Assembly: GCF_900079115.1 (NCBI RefSeq)
Contig: NZ_LT549890.1
Coordinates: forward strand, 960,001-992,000
Source: Saccharolobus solfataricus
GTDB taxonomy: Archaea > Thermoproteota > Thermoprotei_A > Sulfolobales > Sulfolobaceae
DNA: 32,000 nt
Direction: 5' to 3'
Notes under the pieces: model-generated
The model's database searches: none
Told to the model about the DNA's origin: nothing
Seen by the model: only the letters and a program-made list of their open reading frames with translations
Translations under genes and position numbers: made by a program
Part shown: positions 26,401-32,000 of the stretch, piece after piece
How positions within the stretch are numbered: the first letter of the stretch is position 1
Layout of the letters: every line of letters begins with the position of its first letter

Positions 26401-27727
26401 CTTTACTCTTATATTTATCCACATCTAAATCAAAAAAGCCCTTCGCTGCATTAACTATGGCCTCAGAGAATGAAGGGTGAACAAAAGACATTAGCGCTAA
26501 ACTCTCGATTCTTATTCTATTATTTACTACTAACGTTAAAATATTGATTAATTCCTCAGCCTTATCGCCAATTACTTCTCCAAAAACTATCTCATTTCTC
26601 TCATTTATTCCTAGTTTAACGTACCCATCCTTAAATCCATTGATAATTGCTCTGGTAGTTGCAGCAAACGGAAAAACAGAAAACTCCTTAGCCTCTTTAT
26701 CGTTACCTACGATACCAACTTGAGGATCAGTATATAACACTTGGGGTATCTTAAGATTATCTATTAGGGGAAGAAATGTTGCGTCCTTAAGGATATGTAG
26801 TGATGCAATTACTGCATCTAAAATTGCTGAATGTGCAGTTTTTCTCTCTTTGTCTATTACATCACCTATTGCGTATACATTGTTCTTTACTCTTCTATAC
26901 TTATCAACTACTATCCCACATTCATTAATACTCAATCCAAGTATTTCAATACCCTTAGGCAATTGCGGTCTTCTCCCTGTGGCATACACTATTACGTTTC
27001 CTTCTACCTCACCCTTTTCCGTAATCACTTTTCCATCATGAATCTTCACTATTCTAATGTTTTCCTCTATATTTACTCCATCGAATTCCAAGGAATCCTT
27101 TATAATACTTCTAGCATCCTCTGGAAATGTTGGTAAAATTTTACTTCTGGACAATAAGGTAACTTGTGACCCTAATCTGGAATACATTTGAGCTATCTCA
27201 ACTCCTGCATAGCCTCCGCCAATAATAACCATTGAAGAAGGTACTGAATTCAAATTAACCGCATCATCTTCACTTAAAGTATTTTCAATGCCATTAATAC
27301 TTGGTACCATCGGTTTAGAACCAGTAGCTATGATTAAATTATCGAACTCCACAATTCTCCCATTTACCTTTACCGTACTAGGAGAAATTATTTCAACTTC
27401 ACCTAACTCAGTTTCACCGCCCGAATCTTCAATTAGCTTTCTTCCGGCGTTTGATAAGTAGTCTATAATTTCGTTTCTTTTACTGAAAAGGAGATCTTTA
27501 TATTCAATTTCACCATCTAAGCCTATATAATACACAATTTCTTTAAATCTATTTAATAAAAAGGTTGCATCAAAAAGAAAAATACTTGGTACACAGCCGA
27601 AGTTTACACAAACTCCACCAAATTTCTCTTTTTCGGCAACTAGTACCTTCTTGCCCTTTCTCGCTAATATGCTTCCAGCAACATAACCGGCAGTACCACC
27701 GCCAATTATTACGATATCATATTTCAT
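26387..27727 (-). CDS. Pyridine-nucleotide-disulfide oxidoreductase, dihydrolipoamide-dehydrogenase (E3)-like
   Basis: FAD site 'IVIIGGGTAGYVAG', redox disulfide 'GGVCVNFGCVPS', NAD site 'MVIIGGGYAGVE', C-terminal dimerisation motif 'HPSFSE'. Confidence 0.85.
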   Translation of the reverse strand: MKYDIVIIGGGTAGYVAGSILARKGKKVLVAEKEKFGGVCVNFGCVPSIFLFDATFLLNRFKEIVYYIGLDGEIEYKDLLFSKRNEIIDYLSNAGRKLIEDSGGETELGEVEIISPSTVKVNGRIVEFDNLIIATGSKPMVPSINGIENTLSEDDAVNLNSVPSSMVIIGGGYAGVEIAQMYSRLGSQVTLLSRSKILPTFPEDARSIIKDSLEFDGVNIEENIRIVKIHDGKVITEKGEVEGNVIVYATGRRPQLPKGIEILGLSINECGIVVDKYRRVKNNVYAIGDVIDKERKTAHSAILDAVIASLHILKDATFLPLIDNLKIPQVLYTDPQVGIVGNDKEAKEFSVFPFAATTRAIINGFKDGYVKLGINERNEIVFGEVIGDKAEELINILTLVVNNRIRIESLALMSFVHPSFSEAIVNAAKGFFDLDVDKYKSKDGKT

Positions 27728-27737
27728 GCTAGGTCAT

Positions 27738-28139
27738 TTAGAAGAATAATGTCCTATCAGCTTCCAATGTCAGATCTATTAATGTAGATCCTCCGACTAG
27801 TTCTATGCCTTCCACTACATCATCCTCTTTCATATGGCACATATCCTTTAGGCTTTGTACACAAACATACATTTTAACTCCATTTTCTTTTGCCATATCG
27901 AAGAAGTGTATAAATGGATTTCCGCCTTTTTTCCTCTCTTCCTCTTGCCATTTCTTATCTAATAATTTTGGCCCCTTTATCATAAAGAACACTGAAGTCT
28001 CATATTCCATTGAGGCAGATATTGAAGCCATAAATAATGGGGCATATGTCCTATCTAAATCCTCAGGACCATGGGTTACTACGATTAATATCTTCTTCTT
28101 TTGCTCTTCCTCTTGACCCTGAGTTTGAGCTTGAGCCAT
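27738..28139 (-). CDS. DsrE-family sulfur-transfer protein
   Basis: 133 aa. '[11 protein letters not shown]...' and conserved Cys 'MYVCVQS' in a DsrE/DsrF-like fold pattern. Lies 10 nt upstream of the E3-like gene on the same strand. Confidence 0.7.
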   Translation of the reverse strand: MAQAQTQGQEEEQKKKILIVVTHGPEDLDRTYAPLFMASISASMEYETSVFFMIKGPKLLDKKWQEEERKKGGNPFIHFFDMAKENGVKMYVCVQSLKDMCHMKEDDVVEGIELVGGSTLIDLTLEADRTLFF

Positions 28140-28296
28140 ATTTTATTCCCAATTATAACTTCTTAAAGAACTTACTTAAATTTTTTATTAAACCATTATT
28201 CTCTTCCAATAGGTTGCAGAAAATAGGAAATAATTAAAATAAATGAAAAGGATAAAGCTTAAATAACTTAAATGCAAAAATAAATATGGTGAAAAT

Positions 28297-28728
28297 ATGG
28301 CTGAAGAAAAGAAGAAGAAATTATCCATAATAGTCTTCTCTGGTACGATAGATAAGTTAATGCCAGTTGGAATTTTAACATCAGGTGCTGCAGCATCTGG
28401 ATACGAAGTTAACTTGTTCTTCACATTTTGGGGATTACAAGCAATCACGAAAAGGAGCCTAAATAGCCAACAACCACCTCAAATTGATAAGAACTACGAA
28501 CAGATGGGTCCAATAATGATGCAAAAAATGCAAGAAATGAAATACCCAATGTGGCATCAACTAGTACAGCAGGCTAAGGAAATTGGAGAAGTTAAAGTGT
28601 TTGCGTGCTCAACCACTATGGAATTCTTCGGAATAAAGAGAGAAGACTTAGCGGAATTTGTAGATGATGTAGTTGGTGTTGCAACGTTTTTAGACAGAGC
28701 AGAAGGAGGAACAACTCTATTCATTTGA
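28297..28728 (+). CDS. dsrE3A: DsrE3A-type sulfur-transfer protein
   Basis: 'LSIIVFSGTIDKLMPVGILTSGAAASG...VFACSTTMEFFGI' matches the DsrE3-type family found upstream of tusA-hdr in Sulfolobales such as Metallosphaera. GGTGA lies 5 nt before the ATG. Confidence 0.75.
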   Translation: MAEEKKKKLSIIVFSGTIDKLMPVGILTSGAAASGYEVNLFFTFWGLQAITKRSLNSQQPPQIDKNYEQMGPIMMQKMQEMKYPMWHQLVQQAKEIGEVKVFACSTTMEFFGIKREDLAEFVDDVVGVATFLDRAEGGTTLFI

Positions 28729-28739
28729 GGTGAGAGAAA

Positions 28740-28982
28740 GTGTCTCAAGAGGTTAGGATTGCGAAAACGTTAGATGCTAGGGGTATGTATTGCCCTGGTC
28801 CAGTTTTGGAGACAGCTAAGGCAATTAAACAAATAAATGTTGGTGAGGTTTTAGAAATATTGGCTACTGATCCAGCAGCTAAGCCAGATATTGAGGCTTG
28901 GGCTAGAAGGACTGGAAATCAAATAGTAGATATACAACAACAAGGAGGAGTAACGAGAATATTAATTAAAAGAGTGAAATAA
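28740..28982 (+). CDS. tusA: TusA sulfur-carrier protein
   Basis: 80 aa. Contains 'LDARGMYCPGPVLET', the canonical TusA Cys-Pro-x-Pro motif. GTG start with GGTGA 6 nt upstream. Confidence 0.9.
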   Translation: MSQEVRIAKTLDARGMYCPGPVLETAKAIKQINVGEVLEILATDPAAKPDIEAWARRTGNQIVDIQQQGGVTRILIKRVK

Positions 28983-28997
28983 GTTAAGCCAGAATTC

Positions 28998-29003
28998 TTT
29001 TTT
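28998..29003 (+). terminator. T6 run after tusA (possible archaeal terminator)
   Basis: TTTTTT lies 16 nt after the tusA stop. Archaeal termination commonly uses oligo-T. Confidence 0.3.
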
Positions 29004-29006
29004 AAC

Positions 29007-29017
29007 AAAGTTTATAA
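29007..29017 (+). promoter_or_regulatory. BRE/TATA-like motif AAAGTTTATAA upstream of hdrC1
   Basis: Exact 11-mer (12-mer AAAGTTTATAAG shared with the lbpA copy). 33 nt lie between the motif and the ATG at 29051. Confidence 0.55.
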
Positions 29018-29050
29018 GTATCTAATTCTTCTATTTAATTGTGAAATGGA

Positions 29051-29893
29051 ATGGCTACTAAAACTATATTACCTCCTCTTCCTGATGATCCAAGATTTCT
29101 AGACATGTCATATGATGTTCAAGCCCCACTACCAGAGGAAGAGAGGAACTTGCTAAGTAATTTAAAACCGGAAGAAAGAGAAGTTGCAGTAAAGTTTTGG
29201 GAAGCTGTTAAAAGCGATTTCAGATATAATGAGTATTTAAGAGGATGTTTGAACTGTGGTGTTTGTACCTCGGGATGTCCTGCTGCAAAATTCTACGATT
29301 TCGGTCCTAGGGAAATGATACAGTACATGATGAGGGATGAAGTAGACAAGATATGGGAGTTTGTAAATAAGAAAGTTTGGGCCTGTGTACAATGCTACAC
29401 TTGCTCAATGAGATGTCCATTTAATAATGAGATCGCTGGTTTGATAATGGTATTAAGAGAATATGCTGTAAAGTTTGGTTTACAATCAGCTAAGGAAGTA
29501 TTAGCTCCTTATAGAAGAGTCTTATTAACAGTAATTACAACGGGCAACCAGGTTACACCAGATATGATCCAACCCGATGCGTTCCCGGACTGGGGACCAC
29601 AAGCTGTAGAGGAGTCTAAGAATATGGATGTGTATAGGAAGGCAGTTCCAGTGGATCTTTTACAAAGGACTGATATAGGCTGGCACGCTTCATTACAGAC
29701 TGCTGTTGAAATGATGACTATATTTGTAGAAGCAGGAGTTCTTGATTCCTTAAAGAACGTCGATAAGGACTTATATGATATGATCATGGATATATATGAG
29801 GAAAGGAAGCAACAATTAGAGGAGATCAAGGAGAAGTGGGAGAAAGGAGAGTTAAAGGAAGAGGATTTACCTGATAGTTGGTTAGAGTTATAG
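29051..29893 (+). CDS. hdrC1: Heterodisulfide-reductase-like subunit C (sHdrC1), 2x[4Fe-4S]
   Basis: Ferredoxin-type motifs 'CLNCGVCTSGCP' and 'CVQCYTCSMRCP'. E/K-rich C-terminal tail. Confidence 0.85.
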   Translation: MATKTILPPLPDDPRFLDMSYDVQAPLPEEERNLLSNLKPEEREVAVKFWEAVKSDFRYNEYLRGCLNCGVCTSGCPAAKFYDFGPREMIQYMMRDEVDKIWEFVNKKVWACVQCYTCSMRCPFNNEIAGLIMVLREYAVKFGLQSAKEVLAPYRRVLLTVITTGNQVTPDMIQPDAFPDWGPQAVEESKNMDVYRKAVPVDLLQRTDIGWHASLQTAVEMMTIFVEAGVLDSLKNVDKDLYDMIMDIYEERKQQLEEIKEKWEKGELKEEDLPDSWLEL

Positions 29894-29898
29894 TATAC

Positions 29899-29922
29899 TT
29901 TTTCCTAATGAAAGTATTTTTT
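29899..29922 (+). terminator. T5 and T6 runs directly after hdrC1
   Basis: TTTTT (29899-29903) and TTTTTT (29917-29922) lie within 30 nt of the hdrC1 stop. Confidence 0.3.
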
Positions 29923-30059
29923 CTGTAAAATTCGTTACTATATAAACTGTATCATAATACTAAGAGTGAGTTGGTTGTATCTGTAACTAACGTTTTTACC
30001 TCAAGTTGCGATAAAAATTATATTTACTCTTTCTTCTTGTTAGAAAGAAGTTTTAAAAT

Positions 30060-30070
30060 AAAGTTTATAA
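30060..30070 (+). promoter_or_regulatory. BRE/TATA-like motif AAAGTTTATAA upstream of hdrB1
   Basis: Exact 11-mer. 30 nt lie between the motif and the ATG at 30101. Confidence 0.55.
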
Positions 30071-30100
30071 ATGTGAAATAACTAATATTAATAAGGTGGA

Positions 30101-31414
30101 ATGTTGAGTCAAGATGAGAAACAAATACAAAGGGAAGTTCGAGAAGCCTTCCCAATGTCAGATGATGTTGACTGGAATGAGGTTTATCAGAGAATAATTT
30201 ATAGGTATAGCACACCTCATGGACTAGAACATGTTAAAGAGGAAATGTATAAATTAGAAGATAAGGGCGAAATTATAATACACCATATTAAGCCCTACAA
30301 TAACCCAGTAGAAGCCCAAACACTAAACGGATCTCCAAAGAAAATACCCACAACAAAATTATGGCATCATAAGAGTTGTGGACAGTGTGGCCACATACCC
30401 GGTTATCCAACCTCTGTTTTCTGGGTAATGAATAAGTTAGAAATAGATTACCTAGATGAACCGCATCAAACATCGTGTACTGGATGGAATTATCACGCGT
30501 CTGGTGCCTCCAACCCCGTAGCCTTGGCAGGAGTATATGTAAGGAACATGTGGAGAGCTTATGAAACGGGTTACTTCCCATTAATACATTGCGGAACATC
30601 ATTTGGTCATTATAAAGAAGTTAGAAACATGATAATATTACACAAAGAGATAAGAGACAAACTTAGACCAATCATGAGAAAACTGGATATGGACATTGTA
30701 ATACCAGAAGAGGTAGTTCATTATTCTGAATGGTTATATGTAATGAGCAAGAAAGCTGCACAGCAGAAGAAATACAATCTAGATAATATTAAGGCAGCTG
30801 TACATACTCCTTGTCATGTTTATAAGTTAGTTCCAGAGGATACTGTTTACGATCCCGAAGTATTCCAAGGTAGAAGACCAGCAGCCCCATCTGGAACTGT
30901 ACAGAATTTCGGCGCTAAACTAGTGGATTACTCAACCTGGTGGGATTGCTGTGGATTCGGATTTAGACATATCCTAACAGAGAGGGAATTCAGTAGAAGT
31001 TTCGCACTATTTAAGAAGGTTATACCAGCAGTTGAGGAAGGGAATGCTGATATCTTTGTAACCTCAGATACTGGGTGTGTTACTACTTTAGATAAGAGTC
31101 AGTGGGCTGGAAAGGCTCATGGTTTCAATTATAACTTACCAGTATTAGCTGATGCGCAATTTGCAGCTTTAGCAATGGGCGCTGATCCATATATAATTGC
31201 TCAAATTCACTGGCACGCGACAGATGTAGAAGGTTTCTTAAGAAAGATAGGTGTTCCGGTTGATGATTATAAAGAGAAGTTCGTACAATATCTACAAGAT
31301 CTAAGAGAAGGTAAGACGGAACCACAATACTTATATCCAAAGCATAGAAAGATTGACTTCTACTTATCACTTCCAGATAGAGTAAAATGGTACAAGAAGG
31401 AGGTTCCAAAGTAA
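30101..31414 (+). CDS. hdrB1: Heterodisulfide-reductase-like subunit B (sHdrB1), CCG domains
   Basis: 437 aa. CCG-domain cysteines 'HTPCHVYK...WWDCCGFGFRH...SDTGCVTT', and N-terminal Cys cluster 'HKSCGQCGH...SCTGWNYH'. Confidence 0.85.
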   Translation: MLSQDEKQIQREVREAFPMSDDVDWNEVYQRIIYRYSTPHGLEHVKEEMYKLEDKGEIIIHHIKPYNNPVEAQTLNGSPKKIPTTKLWHHKSCGQCGHIPGYPTSVFWVMNKLEIDYLDEPHQTSCTGWNYHASGASNPVALAGVYVRNMWRAYETGYFPLIHCGTSFGHYKEVRNMIILHKEIRDKLRPIMRKLDMDIVIPEEVVHYSEWLYVMSKKAAQQKKYNLDNIKAAVHTPCHVYKLVPEDTVYDPEVFQGRRPAAPSGTVQNFGAKLVDYSTWWDCCGFGFRHILTEREFSRSFALFKKVIPAVEEGNADIFVTSDTGCVTTLDKSQWAGKAHGFNYNLPVLADAQFAALAMGADPYIIAQIHWHATDVEGFLRKIGVPVDDYKEKFVQYLQDLREGKTEPQYLYPKHRKIDFYLSLPDRVKWYKKEVPK

Positions 31415-31471
31415 ATACAGTAAAAGCAAAGTTTTTTAAATTAAATTTACTTAATAAAAGGTGGTGATTAA

Positions 31472-32000
31472 GTGGCAAGTAAATCAGTCTTGGTTATAGG
31501 TGCTGGGCCAGCGGGTCTCTCAGCTACTAAGGAACTAGCGAATATGGGAGTTAATGTTGTAGTTGTTGAGAGAGAACCGTTCTTAGGTGGTACGCCCAAG
31601 AGGTTAAAGTATAGTTTATTATTCCCCGAGCTAAGACCAGCTTCTGAGGTTATCGATCCATTAGTAAAAACTGTCCAAGAGAACGGTAATGTTAAGATTT
31701 ACACGGAAAGCATAGTTGATGCTGCTAAAAACACCTCTGACGGCTTTGAAATAAGTATTAAAGATAAGAATGGCAAAGTAAAGGTGGAGAAAGCTAATGC
31801 AATAATTGCAGCTTCTGGTTTTGAGCACTTCGATTCTAGAAGGAAGTATGAATACGGTTATGGTATAATTCCCAACATATACCAAATATCTGACATAGAG
31901 GGTATGCTTCACGAGAATAAGCTAGTTACCACAAAGGGAACTCCGCCTAAGAGGGTTGCAATATTATTATGTGTAGGTTCTAGAGACGCTACTGTAGGAA
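31472..32000 (+). CDS. hdrA: Heterodisulfide-reductase-like subunit A (sHdrA), 5' part; continues beyond the window
   Basis: Not in the ORF track because it has no stop in the window. Hand translation from GTG 31472 gives (M)ASKSVLVIGAGPAGLSATKELANMGVNVVVVEREPFLGG...AIIAASGFEHFD...KRVAILLCVGSRDATVG, open to 32000. It has the FAD GxGxxG and the HdrA 'CVGSRD' motif. GGTGA at 31463-31467. Confidence 0.85.
   Translation, partial: MASKSVLVIGAGPAGLSATKELANMGVNVVVVEREPFLGGTPKRLKYSLLFPELRPASEVIDPLVKTVQENGNVKIYTESIVDAAKNTSDGFEISIKDKNGKVKVEKANAIIAASGFEHFDSRRKYEYGYGIIPNIYQISDIEGMLHENKLVTTKGTPPKRVAILLCVGSRDATVG

Noticed and set aside
26401-26424. Upstream ATG (26424) as the start of the hypothetical ORF between the E3-like and PDO-like genes
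   Set aside because: It adds an odd 'MWINIRVK' extension and a 38-nt overlap with the E3-like gene. The second ATG (26400) gives a more typical N-terminus. The choice remains uncertain.

Overview
AT-rich, gene-dense archaeal chromosome segment. By eye it has Sulfolobales hallmarks: TTTATA-type boxes about 25-35 nt upstream of start codons (mostly leaderless or short leaders), GGTGA/GGAGG Shine-Dalgarno sites before operon-internal genes, and many ATGA stop/start overlaps. I found no rRNA, tRNA, CRISPR array or IS/transposase. All family calls come from motif reading, not from searches.

Left part (1-13.3 kb), mostly housekeeping:
- two CoA-transferase subunits
- a Trm10-like SPOUT methyltransferase
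- an ArnA/ArnB-type phospho-signalling module: vWA <- -> Zn-ribbon-FHA, PPP phosphatase, second vWA
- FAU-1
- aconitase
- a nucleotidyltransferase-domain protein
- small hypotheticals

Right part (13.3-32 kb), a sulfur-oxidation and lipoate island:
- GcvH-like LbpA
- the operon lplA, two radical-SAM LipS-type genes, an M23-like protein and an HDAC-like protein
- a DUF1641 repeat protein
- a minus-strand operon: dsrE, E3-like flavoprotein disulfide reductase, a hypothetical and a thioredoxin-fold protein
- dsrE3A-tusA-hdrC1-hdrB1-hdrA, with hdrA running off the 3' end of the window

The sHdr/LbpA core is a known system. These uncharacterised genes and sites embedded in it deserve a second look:
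- an M23-fold plus HDAC-fold pair fused to the lipoate-assembly operon
- a TusA-fold protein ending in ...TGGC
- three paralogous small wHTH regulators, two with a conserved Cys pair, each next to a small Cys-rich protein; one of those is a 55-aa ORF missing from the ORF track
- a promoter motif shared by lbpA, hdrC1 and hdrB1
- palindromic operator candidates
- a two-module 31-aa-repeat protein containing a 115-bp perfect internal DNA duplication
- arrays of T-[RK]-[RK]-[ILM] motifs in both vWA tails, which look like FHA docking sites
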